Source: Octopus sinensis (lineage: Eukaryota). From it: a stretch of DNA of 64,000 nucleotides. Below the pieces are notes generated by a model. That model worked only from the letters and a program-made list of their open reading frames with translations, had not been told where the DNA came from and searched no databases. Positions 35,150 through 48,125 of this stretch are shown piece by piece. The DNA lies in contig NC_042998.1 in NCBI RefSeq assembly GCF_006345805.1, positions 59,892,001-59,956,000 of the forward strand, read 5' to 3'. Position 1 is the stretch's first letter, and every line of letters begins with the position of its first letter. Both the position numbers and the translations under genes were made by a program.

Positions 35150-36290
35150 ATCATATAATATATTATAATATAAATCCCGTTTTGTATGTGTGTGTGTAAA
35201 AATTTATAACGGCCATATTTTTCAACTGATTTTCTCGAAACTGGGAACATACATTTCCTAAGTTCCAAGGATGGTTTTAGACTCCAGAATTTCCAGATAG
35301 TGAGTAACAGGCCCTCTGAAGGCAGAAAATACCCGTTCCTGGGTTACGGGAAGAAGGAAGATAACTCTTTGTGAAGTAATTTTTAGAAATTGATTGGCTC
35401 CCTTATAACCATTGGTCATTGAAAAATTTAAAACATTGTTTTTAGATTAGATTCGCGTCTTTCAAAGTTTTAAACATATTTCCATCCGGTTTTCTAGCGT
35501 CAATGACGCCTATATCTCTCTATCTATATCTCTTTATCCATCGTTATCTGTATATCTATCCATCTCTCTGTACCTATCTGTCTATATCTTATCTAAATAT
35601 CTATCTATTTCTATCTTATTTGTCTAACTAGCTAGCTCTCTCTCTTTCTCTCTCTCTATATACCACCCTGTAATTGTTTTCACTTTCATTTTTCAATCAA
35701 TATTGTTTTCACTGTAAGTTTTCAATCTCTATTTACAAACAAATAGAGACAACTGCAGAAACGGAAGCATACCAAGAAACGAACAGGCTGTGCACTACAA
35801 CAGTCAGAGCATCTCACAATGATGAATAGAGGTATGCGCGGCTGACAAGGAATAGTATCTCCACTGCAGAACGAAGAGCAGTTGCCACAACTCAGAGAGG
35901 CAACGTTTATGAAGTGGCTTTCAATTATGATCCAGTAGTTCATTATGCACTAGTGTTTCCATTCATGCAATTACAACTGAGTGAATACATTGTACAGCAA
36001 AAGAGTCGCTTGGAGAGACACTTGCACTGTGCTGCAGTTGTGGAAAGGTTAAACACCCTGCAATCTCCCAACCTCCAGAGACATTGATGAAAATGGTGTC
36101 ACCAACTGACCAAGATTCTGAACACTTCCAAAACAAAATTAGACAATACAACGCTGCACTACAGACGACATAATTTGGGGCCACAAGAGATTTAACTGAG
36201 CCAAGATTCATGCAAACTTTCAAGATCAAAGGTCAGATTTACCATCGGACTGGCTGTCTACTGCATCTGTCAAATGAATCACCAAAATCG
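35150..36290 (+). mobile_element. Helitron 5' portion (terminus and N-terminal Rep-helicase region), decayed
   Basis: 'AFNYDP', 'HCTAKESLGETLALCCSCGKV', 'HFQNKIRQYNAALQTT*FGA' and 'TFKIKGQIYHRTG' match the Helitron N-terminal zinc-binding/helitron-like region. Confidence 0.8.
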
Positions 36291-36582
36291 GCCTTTCATT
36301 GTTTATAAGCTACACATGTTCTTTTTTGTTTAAAAATACGCTACACAAAACGTATATTTGAATTACGTGTATTCACTTTACATACATATATGAGTTGAAA
36401 ACTTTCTTTTAAAATTTCACTTAACGTCTATGTTCCATGCTACTATGGGCTAGAGAGTTATTAATACAGAAAGTTTGTATCTCAGCTACTAGCTGTTGAA
36501 ACCTGAGCAATTATTCTCTTTAACCTGCGAAACGCTGGGTGTTTCTGCTAGCATATACATACAACATATATATATATATAAT

Positions 36583-36636
<54 letters not shown>

Positions 36637-36861
36637 ATATATATTATATATATATATATTTATATATATATAACAAAGTGGAGTTGTGGGGTACCGCACG
36701 AGTGGAATTATATACGAAAGAAGGTTTGAAAATGCAATTTAAAAGATGTTTATTTACTTTACCGGTTTCACTCTTTGGAAAAAGATTGTCAAAAGTAACA
36801 TGTGGAAGTTTGGTTGCGTTAATTATTGGTTGTTGCAAATTGCTACATTACATATATATAT

Positions 36862-37250
36862 ACAGTCTTTGGTAACAGAGACATGTTAAGGACATAAAAA
36901 AGTTCAACAAGTTCCTTAAAATATTGGGCAAAAAAGATTACATAAATAATCGTTCTCAAGGACATACTTAAGATAGTTTCCAGAAGGAATTGATATTGGT
37001 ACTGTATCTGTATAGTCAAACATGCACAGAATATTGGTTGACATAGAGTACTATAATCCATATAAATATACAGTCTTTGGTGACAACAGTATTTTGAGAA
37101 TATAAAAAAAGTTTAACAAACTCATTGAAAAAATGGGCAGAAAAGATTAAAACAAATATATTATACATTTCAGGGTAATTTCCAGGAGAAATTATTAAAA
37201 AAAGTTCAGTATACTCATACAGAATATTATGAGTTCAAAAAGATTTACAT
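36862..37250. repeat. diverged ~200 bp tandem duplication
   Basis: 'tatacagtctttggt(a/g)ac...taaaaaagtt(c/t)aacaa...tgggca(a/g)aaaagatta' occurs at ~36860 and ~37068. Confidence 0.7.
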
Positions 37251-37379
37251 TATTGTAGTGGTGAGGTTGTCACTAACCTGTCCGTTTTAGCAGAAATGTA
37301 GAATTGAAAAGAATGTACCGGTTTTTTTCTTTTTTTGGCTCTCCTTCAAGCATCAATGATTTTGGGGTTAGGATGAGGT

Positions 37380-38000
37380 GAATATGTGTGTCTCTGTGTG
37401 TATGTGTGTGTGCATACATATACATGTGGTGTGAATAGATGTGTCTGTGTGTCTGTAGTATTTGGTCGGATGGTGTCTGTTTGTCAACCGCGTGTGTGGT
37501 TGTCATGGTGTTGTGTGTGTGTGTGTGTGTGCGTGTGTATGCATGTATGTGTGTGGATGGCATTTGACATGGTGCTGCGTGTGTATATATGTGCCTGTAT
37601 GGAGGTGAGATTGGTGTGAGTGTGTGTGTTCCTGTGTGCGTGCACATACACGTATACATGTGTCTGTCTGTGTGTGGGGCTGTTTTTGATTGGTTCCAGG
37701 GTAGTGTAAATAGATGTGTGTTGTTTAAAGAATTTTTGGGGGTAGGATGGTGTGTGTATATGCGTGCCCGCCCGTGTGCGCGCGTGTGCGTGCGCGTGCG
37801 CGTCTACGCGTGTGTGCGGGCCATACACACACACTACATATACATATATATACACACACACACATCATACATATACATACCACACACACACACACCACAC
37901 ACACACACACACCACACACACACACACACACAACACACATACACACATAATATATTGTAAATAGATGTGTGTTGTTTAAAGAATTTTTGGGGTTGTAAAT
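37380..38000. repeat. TG-rich cryptic array related to 1440-2550
   Basis: Shares 'gtttttgattggt(c/t)ccag' and 'ggtaggatg(a/g)tgtgtgtatatg' with ~1510-1600. Confidence 0.7.
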
Positions 38001-38076
38001 AGATGTGTGTTGTTTAAAGAATATATATGCATATATATATATGCATATATGTATATATATACACACACACACACAC

Positions 38077-38123
<47 letters not shown>

Positions 38124-38129
<6 letters not shown>

Positions 38130-38848
38130 CGAGAAAGAAGCAACAAGAATGGATAGGTTTTTAGTACAATCGTTTCATACAAGGACAGGCTTTATTAAAA
38201 GTTGCAACAATTACAGCATATAAACGTGTCCCGTACTTATCAGCTAAAATACATGTGAGTTCTCTAGACATCCTAGTGGTTGAGGCTATACTCATGAAGT
38301 AATGTAGATAATTAAGTAACATAAACAGATTTCCAAAGTTCATTAAAGTTCTTTAAAGATGATGTACAGTCTTATCACAGAATTTTAAAAAAGTTTTAAT
38401 AGCATCACAAAGAAGGTGACCTAATCCATAGTGCACATATGAATTTCCAGAGATATGATGAGGGATTACATACTCACAGAAGACAAATTTATCCATTGTT
38501 AATCACAACGAGGTGGGTCTCAATTCCTGCTTATTAGCATTACAGAGAGGGTGAATTAATCCTTTGTATAGATGCACAATTTCCAATGGTGTAGATGTAA
38601 ATTTCCAGAGAAATGAAGAGGAATTTCATATTCACAGGCGATAAATTTATCAATGGTTGAACACAATGAGGTAGGTATCAATTCTTGTTATATGATTAGG
38701 ATGTCTAGAGAACTCACATGTATTTTAGCTGATGAGTACGGGACACGTTTATATGCTGTAATTTTTGCAACTTTTAATAAAGCCTGTCCTTGTATGAAAC
38801 GATTGTACTAAAAACCTATCCATTCTTGTTGCTTCTTTCTCGCTTATA
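38124..38848. repeat. near-perfect 152 bp inverted repeat (38124-38275 and 38697-38848) with ~420 bp spacer
   Basis: The arms run TATAAGCGAGAAAG...GACATCCTA and its reverse complement. I found only two mismatches by eye. Confidence 0.93.
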
Positions 38849-38955
38849 ATCACCCCACATTACTGTATTGTTAAAACAGTATAGTTTTTTTTGGTGCATC
38901 TAAGTTAGGTACCATATTCAAGTAAATTCATTTAAATTAACTTGAATCTTTATTG

Positions 38956-38989
<34 letters not shown>

Positions 38990-39182
38990 TTCACTCGAGA
39001 ACATACGACTACAAGTTTCGTAATCTTGGAGACGTAACGTGTCTCATCAGTTATCTATCTAAGTTACCTCACGAGCCTAGAAATTTGTAAGTTGTATGGA
39101 ACTGAGTCAAACTTTTATTAACTAAAAATGAAAATTCCAACCAAATGTAATGAGAGCCACTTTTTCATTTGTCTTCTCACTT

Positions 39183-39229
<47 letters not shown>

Positions 39230-39232
<3 letters not shown>

Positions 39233-39730
39233 AAGTAAGGAACAAGCATATCCAGAGGTAATGCAGTACGATCGTTTCATGCAACTCCATTTAATAGAAC
39301 AATGCAATCATTACATCAATTTAAAATGCAGAGCAATCCTCAGTTGCACAAAGACATATAATTTAATTAAATTAGAACAGAGGGGCACGTTAGTACAATT
39401 ATACCTAAAAACTCCAAGAAGTTAAGGAGACAGACAAAAAAATGTTGTCCCCACTTCAGCTGGAGTAGTAACGTCTATGCTGAAGTGGAGACAACATTTT
39501 CTTTGTCTATCTCCTTAACTTCTTGGAGATTTTAGGTGTAATTATACTAATGTGTCCATCTGTTCTAATTTAATTAAATTCTATGTCTTTGTGAGGCTGA
39601 GGATTGCTCTGCATTTTAAATTGATGTAATGATTGCATTGTTCAGTTAAACGGAGTTCTATGAAAGGATCGTATTGCATTACCTCTGGATATCCTTGTTC
39701 CTTATTTTCATTTTAATCACCTTACTTTGA
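39230..39730. repeat. ~500 bp hairpin/foldback element with 18 nt loop
   Basis: Arms ~39230-39460 and ~39479-39730 meet at CCACTTCAGC-loop-GCTGAAGTGG, with termini TCAAAGTAAGG/CCTTACTTTGA. Confidence 0.9.
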
Positions 39731-39806
39731 ATTTGTATGGATAGTACAGTACTAAATTGTGGTGCTTCAACTTAAGTACCATATTCATCTGAATCTAAAT
39801 TTTTTG

Positions 39807-39877
<71 letters not shown>

Positions 39878-39892
39878 ATATATTATATATAT

Positions 39893-39971
<79 letters not shown>

Positions 39972-39984
39972 TATATATATATAA

Positions 39985-40210
39985 CGGGAAGCTTTATGAA
40001 AATAGACAAAAGACGAAGGCAGGTTTACGGAAATAAACAAAAGACGAAGGCAGGTGGAATACAAACAAACAATTGTATTAGTATGGCGCAGGAAATATAA
40101 ATAAAACAAGTCTTTAACGGTTTCGAGCCTACGCACTTCAACAGAAAGATACACAGAGAAAAAACACAGAAAGAAGGAGAGAAAAAAATATACGTGCAGA
40201 AGCTAGCGAA
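39985..40210 (-). mobile_element. Penelope-like repeat copy 2, with hammerhead-like motif at 40111-40149
   Basis: The reverse complement 'atctttctgttgaagtgcgtaggctcgaaaccgttaaagact' and downstream sequence match 16990-17190. Confidence 0.65.
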
Positions 40211-40419
40211 TCAACATGGCGATCTGATTTCGGCCAGAAGTCAAAGATCAAACATGAGACGCAAGAGCGAAATTAGGGGAGATAATAGGGTTGAATGACC
40301 TCACTCCAACATAAGAGTGTGTGTGTGTGTATGAGAAGAGTGTGTGTGTGTGTATGAGAGAGTATTAGTACGTATGAGAGGTCTGAACGTGTGTATGTAT
40401 ATATGATGTGATGTGTAAA

Positions 40420-40745
40420 GTCGTATGGTGTAGTGTAGAGAGAGGAAAAGAGGGGGAGGGGGGAGAAAGAAAGGGGAGAAGAGGAGGGGGACGGGGAAGG
40501 GGGAGAAGGAAGGAGAGGAGAAGAGGGGGGAGAAGGAAGGAGAGGAGGGGAGAGGTGGAGGGAGGATAGAGGGAGAGGGGGAGAGAGAGAGAAGGGGAGT
40601 GAGGGAGCAGAGGGAAGGGGAAGAGGGAAGAAGGAGGGAGGGAGAAAGAGGGAAGAAGGGAAGAGGAGTAGGGGTGAAAGGATGAAGGACTGAAGAGAAG
40701 TAGGGGTCGGGGGGAGGTTAGATGAGGAGGGGGGAGAGGGGGGTT
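40420..40745 (+). repeat. G/A-rich polypurine low-complexity tract
   Basis: Almost exclusively G and A with many G-runs. Confidence 0.9.
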
Positions 40746-41416
40746 AGATGATACACAAATATATATATATACATATATATATATACATGTATATATATAT
40801 AGATAGATAGATATACAAATATATATATACATATATATCCGTATATATATATATATATATATATAAGTGTGTGTGTGTGTGTGTGTGTGTACAGAGAGAG
40901 GAAGAGAAAGAGAGAGAGGCATTAGAGAGTGAGGGAGGCTGAGAGATAAAAATAACAGTCGGAAAAGTAATGTTGAAGGAGAGACCCTTCTTGCTTTGCA
41001 AAATTTCCATTGAATACATGTTATTTACTTTACTCCGCTCATTCTAATTCTTTGCAAAGGATCAATATTTATAACCCAATTTTCAAACCGGTATTTTATT
41101 TGTTTAGAACGTGTGAATTTGGCATGGAATATCTGTCTATAATTAACTTTTCTTTTTCCAAGTCTAAATTTCTTTGCCAAATACACCGTTGGATTTAGTA
41201 AGTGGCAAATCTATGTCTCCAAAAGAAAGACGCATTTGTACTTATTCCTGAAGCTTATTTCATTTTCGAAATTTGCATCTGTACTGTATCATCAAATTGA
41301 AAAGTAGCCTTAAACTCAATCTAACTCAGTTCCAAACTGTTTTTGAACAGAAAGAAATATTAAATTCAATATTCATTTTGAACACAGTGTGTATATAAAT
41401 ACACACACACACACAA

Positions 41417-41482
<66 letters not shown>

Positions 41483-41483
41483 G

Positions 41484-42706
41484 TGGTTCATTCCATAAAT
41501 AATGCGGTTTTTTCAATTGCATGAACTAAAAGTCGGCGGGGGACGGGATAAGCTGCCTGCATCAACTTGCTATAAAATCAGGTAGTAATGTTACATTGTA
41601 CTTATTCTTATTGTAAGTTTTGAAGAGTGCAGTTCCATTTTAAAACTTATTTTTTTCAAGCTATTATGAAAGTGACTAAGGAGCGAGTTTGGCGTATGTT
41701 GCTTTATGAGTTCAATAAAGGCAACTACACAACGGAAAGTGTGAGGAATATTAATGCAGTATGTGTGGCTAGGACGATAAGCGTAAACCAGTGTCAACGG
41801 TAGTTCCAGAAATTCCGACCCGGAAACTACAGCCTAGAAGACAAGCTGCGTCCTGGGAGAACTCTAGAGCTCAACGAGAACGTCCTGCAAAACCTGGTGG
41901 AACAAAATCCCATCGTAACTGTTGACGAACTACCAGAGGCGCTTTAATTTGGTCATTCAACCATCCATCGACACCTTCGTGCCATCGGAAAAGTCAGCAA
42001 ATTGGGTCAATGGGATCCTCACAAACTTTCTAAATCTAATCTTTGATGTCACGTCTCAGGAATGAACCTTTTATGGACCGAATAGTGACTAGTGACGTGA
42101 AATGAGTTTTGCATAAACATGTCAAACGCCGAAGACAGTGGATAGGGAAAGGAGAAACACTGGTACCCCAGGCGAAAGAAGGTCTTCACCTACATGAGAT
42201 GTTGTTATCTGTTTGGTGAGATATAAGTTTAGTCCACTTTCAACGTTAAACTCAAACCAAACAATAACAAATGAGATCTACCGCGGGCAGCTTGAACGGC
42301 TTAAATAAGAACTAGAAGGAAAATGACTCTCTTTGGTTTCAAGACGAAAAGTATCCTGCCATCAGGATAATGCTCGGCCACATACAGGGAGGATGACATT
42401 GCAAAGCTTGGAGCAATTTAAATGGAATCTGATGCCCCACCCACCATATTCGCCGGACATTGCCCCATCTTATTATAATTTATTCCGCAGTCTTCAAATA
42501 TGAATTTTGTAGACGAGGCTAGAACAATACTGGAGTATTTTTTCGCCACGGGCAAGTGAATTTTGGAAGAGGGTCCTTGCAAGTCTACGAAAGACACTGA
42601 AGAGCATTGCGAAAATGAAGGAGATTTAGATTAAAAAAGAACATTGCTTATCTTAATGTTGAAGATTAAAAGTATAAAAAACCGCATTATTTATGGGATG
42701 ATCATA
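41484..42706 (+). mobile_element. mariner (Mos1-like) remnant with both TIRs
   Basis: TIR core TCAT(T/C)CCATAAATAATGCGGTTTTT at both ends. Motifs include 'LLYEFNKG', 'FQKFRPGNYSLED..RPGR', 'GQWDPHKL', 'DRIVTSD', 'QDNARPH'-like and 'HPPYSPDIAPS'. Confidence 0.92.
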
Positions 42707-42719
42707 TATTTTGTTATTT

Positions 42720-43030
42720 TTTACTTGTTTCAGCGGTCATGCTGGTGCACCTCCTTGAAGGTCTTCCGTCGAATAAATCGACCACAGGACTTATTTGTTT
42801 AATTCTAGTTCTTATTCTATCGGTTACTTTATAATGAACTGCTAAGTTACGAAAACGTATATACACCAACACCGGTTTCCAAGCGGTGCAGGAGGCCAAA
42901 CACAGATACAATGACAAACAATCATGCATATACACACACATACATATATCTTCTTTCACTTTCCATCTACCTAATCCAATCACAAGGCATTGGTCGACCT
43001 GAGGCTATGACAGAAGACACTAGCCAGACA
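42720..43030 (-). mobile_element. family B SINE, internally deleted
   Basis: 'ttacttgtttcagcggtcatgctggtgcacc...gtcgaataaatcgacc...cggtttccaagcgg...tcacaaggcattggtcgacctgaggctat'. Confidence 0.8.
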
Positions 43031-43105
43031 GTAGGACTGAACACTGATGGAAAAGCAAGCTTCTTATCACACAGTCATGCCTACATGCATGTATGTATGT
43101 GTGTG

Positions 43106-43165
<60 letters not shown>

Positions 43166-43200
43166 GTGTGTGTGTGTATGTATGTATGTATGTATGTATG

Positions 43201-43238
<38 letters not shown>

Positions 43239-43254
43239 TATATATATATAATGG

Positions 43255-43420
43255 ATCAGCACATAACTTAATGGATCAGCAAAAGAGACTGATAGAATAA
43301 GTACCAGGCTTTAAAAAATTAGTCCTGGGGTTGATTTGTTTGACCAAAACCCTTCAGGGTGGTGCCCCAGCATAGCCTCAGTCAAATGACTGAAACAAGT
43401 AAAAGGTAAAAGGTAAAAGG
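43255..43420 (+). mobile_element. family B SINE 3' half
   Basis: 'gcaaaagagactgatagaataagtacc...gtcctggggttgatttg...cagtcaaatgactgaaacaag(taaaagg)n'. Confidence 0.8.
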
Positions 43421-43748
43421 TATATTATATACAGAGAGAGAGAAAGAGAGCGGGGAGAGAGACAGAATGCCATTTTATTAATGGTGGGATCAGTAAAAAT
43501 TAATCCAGCAACGGATAAACGCCATTTAATAAAGGATTTAAATATGAGCTACTATAATTTTCGTGACCTGATAAAGAATAGTCGGACGACCTTGTAAATC
43601 ATACCGAATGCTATCCTGCTTTTTTCGTTTTTTTTTTTTTTGAAAGGTTGCAAGATATTACATACAACCTCGTCCGACTAATGTACTATCAGAGCACAAA
43701 GATTATAGCAGCTCACATTGAATCCCTGTGCTTATTAAATTGTGCTTG

Positions 43749-43871
<123 letters not shown>

Positions 43872-46559
43872 GCGTGTGCACTCGTGCGAGGGAGAGAACA
43901 TTATGATAACCAATGTAGTTGAATGATTTTAGAAATAAACCTCTGAAAACAGTTTCCCGAGATATTTTATACCACGTGATCTCCCCCAAACAAACATTTA
44001 CTTCTCGGTTGGCATCATTATGAATGCAATTCTAAAACGAGCATCTTAGGATGATCCATGCATATTGATTTATTGTTGTATACGAGATTAAATTCTGTAT
44101 AAGAATATCATATTTATCAATTTGTGTTGCATGATTCCTGATGTGAAATCGTGTGTTGAAACAGTTATAGTTATTTTTTTTTGGCCAAATAAACACATGG
44201 TTTCTCTCTTTATATATATTTTTCTTCACACGTTTATTACTGTTCTTCATAACTTATTTCTCACTGATGCGAACGAGATAAGACTAAAAATCTAATTTGC
44301 GATGATATTTTCGAAATTTCGTCTAGTCTATATTGTAACTCTTATCTTTGTATAATAATTGGTATCACTGACAAATATCTACAGGTAACATTATGAAAAC
44401 ATTAGTAAATATTCTAAAGCTGCGACTGGCGCTTAAACACTGTTAATCAACTGAGTTCAGTGTAGCGTGTGATGAATGTGTAACATCCATATAGTGAAAG
44501 CAATATAACAGTATAAGGATAAGAAAGAGGATAAATCAAGTGGTCAGTTTTTAATATTAAACTATATTGCTTTGATTCAGGAATCGACATGATTTGTAGA
44601 AAAAAAATTCTTGAAATTTCTTGATGAGAAAAACAAAATCATTGATGAGCTTGGAATTTAAGAAAATTTATGTATCTCCTTATTTCATATTCATTATTTT
44701 TGCGCAATGTTGATATTGAAGTGTAATCACTAAAAATAATCTTCAAACTACAAACTTAAATAATTAGTGTCACACTAGATTTAAATTTTATATAATTTCT
44801 TTTTCGTTAAAAATGAATTCTACATTTTTAATGAGCAAAATGCACCTGCAATTGGTATTAATTTGAAGTCTATTTTAACATTAAAATATTCTATAGAAAT
44901 GTCATTCTTATTTTATTCTACTTAAGTTGAAGTGGCTGTCTTTTGGTGTTGATCCTCTTTAGGAAGCAAATTATGGAAAGAAATAGAACACTTTTCCAAA
45001 ATTTCAATGAAGTTTTAATACGGTATTATTTTATGATGTCCTGAACAACAGACAATTGATTTTCATAGAAAATCAAAAGTTATAATTCATCTTCAGCTTC
45101 AATACCGATCATACTTCTGACTACTTAAGGTGAGAAACATCGTCTTAAAAAAATTATTTAGTCTTCTTATTCATTTATTTATTTTCAACACTAAATTAAC
45201 GGCTGAGAAATATCTCTGTCCTCTGCAATATTAATTTCATTATCAAAATGATTAGCACAAAACCGAGGCAATCCCAAGGCCAGTAAACTACAAAGAAATA
45301 TCAAGTTCCTGTTGTGTGCTGTGGCTGTCAATTCTCTTCATTTGCTGCAATTAATGGTAAAAAAAGTAAGATGAGCATTACAAGAGGCTATTCATCTTTT
45401 TAATCGGAAGCATTGTGCTACGAGCAGAATTCATATGAAAGCTATTTAATTAAGTAGTGAAATGTTATTGATTTAAATAACTGAAATTTATTTTGAAAGA
45501 GCAACAGGCCTGATTTATTTTAAGTATTAAGTATTATTTTAAGTCTTAAGTTCACGGATCAATTAAATTAATAGGAGCCGAAATGTCGGCAGTCCATATA
45601 TCATTCACATCTGGAAGTGTGATAGTATAAAGTATGTTACGGTTAGGAAAGAAATAGTTTAAAACTTTCGGGTTTCAAACAGTTTATGAAGGATACGACA
45701 AGACTGTTGCGACACGTACCTACCCCAGTTTCCGACGAGCCTAAATGTTTACCCATTTCTTAGATTTTTTTTTTTCGTTAATCACCGCAGCAAATCACTC
45801 AGCACAAATTGACATTTTATATTTGCCACAAATGCTATGCAGGGAGATCGGAACCAGAGCCTCGTGATTCTAAAAGGAACTTTTGAACCATTCGGCAATA
45901 CTATATTACCTGTACATATTACATATATAGTTCTTATATATATTACACGCATACAAACAAGTATACACTGTCAAAGTGTACGAACTACTGTGAAACCGTT
46001 TTATTGGCGCTGAGCCCTTAGTTCGCGTATTTTGTGGTATATCGTAAATGAGAATCGGTTATCCACGTGCCTTATCCAATTGTAAAATTCATGAGTACAA
46101 ATTCTTCAGTTGCACCTTGCTCATTTCCTGCCACCTAACCAGCCAACAAGAGAGTTTTCATGTGACCTCTAGACATATAGTGAAACTCTCTCAAAGCAGA
46201 CGCATCCGTCTTAAATAACGCATATTGCGTTGTACAGTGTAGTCTGTGAAATAATAAAAGACAGAGTGGTTATGTAGAAATTATAGACCTGCTTAACCAA
46301 GGATAATAATAACAACAACAACAAAAGTTTCCACTAAACACAATTTTAATAGAAGTGTAATGGGATAAAGGATTCGTGTAAAGCTCTTGCTTTGTTGGAT
46401 TGGATTTCAGTTGTAGCTTCACTTCATTTACCGCTTATATCTTTCACTTACTGACGTGTTCAATATTTAACATATTCAAAATAGAGAAATCCTAGTGGTA
46501 AAAAATCTAATGACTTGGATTTACTGGATTATTGCTTAATATTTCAAGTGGAGTCATGC

Positions 46560-47050
46560 CAAGGAGAGTTAGTGAGGACTGCTCCCACTACTTAGACGAA
46601 CACTTCTTGGTAAGCGTCTGAAACAGCCTCTCACTAAAAACCTGATTTTATTGTGCAACCTACATTCTAACACCGGCAGAATTGTTTGTGTTAACAGAAG
46701 GGGCAAAGATATGAAATGAGAGTAACGTCTGACTTCTAAACACTGATGCCATGTAAGAATAACCAGCAATAAACAAAGCTTCGGGAGCAAAACCTGAGAA
46801 AACATCCGAAGCTAAGGCATGCCAATATTGTTTCCGACATTGTTCTAGAAAACTTTGGAAACAACACTGATGCAGAGAGAGGAGCCCTGCTGCATAAATA
46901 CCTTCTGACCTCTCAAAGTGATCGTACGCAGGCCTGTGCCCCGGTCAGGACATTTCAGCATCACCTCACATTGATGGTACTACACGGAAAGCAGCGGTTT
47001 ATCAGTCGTAAGCCTGCGCTTACATTAGCAGGGGCGGTTTTTGCCTGAGT
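46560..47050 (+). pseudogene. possible degraded RTE-type LINE C-terminus
   Basis: 'QNLRKHPKLRHANIVSDIVLE...ALLHK...LMVLHGKQR..RK' loosely resembles the RTE CLRKIL.I.W.D.VS...EVL...YGEL..GKR region. Confidence 0.3.
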
Positions 47051-47264
47051 GCTAGGCTATCGATTGTGTTCGCCTGCCTCTCTCATAGTTAATTGTGAAT
47101 ACTTCAAAACAACACTGTAATTGAATAAAATCTCAAATCTGAGAAAGATAATACAATAGTGATATTGTTTTTACGTACTGCAATCTTCCTCTGGAAAACT
47201 ACCTGACTTGATAAGAGATGTATAGTCATAGATGTTTAATGTAAAATTTGCCTATTTCTTTACT

Positions 47265-47462
47265 ACCCACAAGGGGCTAAATACAGAGGAGACAAACAAG
47301 GACAGACAAGTCGATTATATCGATCCCAGTGCGTAACTGGTAATTAATTTATCGACCCCGAAAGGATGAAAGGCAAAGTCGTCCTCGGCGGAATTTGAAC
47401 TCAGAACGTAACCGCTAAGCATTTGGCTTGGTGTGCTAACGTTTCTGTCAGCTCGCCGCCTT
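47265..47462 (-). mobile_element. young family A SINE
   Basis: Full head to tail: ggcggcgagctgacagaaacgttagc...gagttcaaattccgccgagg...cccttgtgggtagtaaagaaatagg (reverse complement). Confidence 0.92.
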
Positions 47463-47849
47463 TGTATCAATTAATGTAAAATTTGCCATGATTAAAAAAT
47501 GCAGATTTTGAAGATAAAGAACAAGTTACTTGATCTCATTTTGTATTTCATTGAGCAAATCTTAAGTTCCTTTATAGTTGGACGGGATTTTGATATACAA
47601 TCGATTAAGCTTCACTGACGCTGGTTACTTTATCAACCAACGAATAAGGCCAAATCTTCTTCATACACTTCTCCGAGGGTTTCACACTGCAACTACTGCC
47701 AAATAGTAAGAAAAGCACATAGACGACGTGTCAAGCCAACGCATTTTTTCTTCAGGCCCAACATATTACATACTAATAGATCCTATTTCAATGGGTAATT
47801 ATAGCAATGGATTTATGGGGATTGATACAAAGGCAGTTACTCATTCTTT

Positions 47850-48054
47850 TTTTACTCTTTTACTTGTTTCAGTCATTTGACTGCGGCCATGCTAGAGCAC
47901 CGCCTTTAGTCGAGAAAATCGACCCCAGGACTTATTCTTTAGAAGCCTCGTACTTATTCTATCGGTCTCTTTTGCCGAACGGCTAGGTTACAGGGACGTA
48001 AACACACCACCATCGGTTGTCAAGCGATGTTGGGGGACAAACGAAGACACACAA

Positions 48055-48125
<71 letters not shown>

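Noticed and set aside
44400-45400. Possible hAT transposase remnant
   Set aside because: Only vague resemblance across many stops, with no TIRs found.
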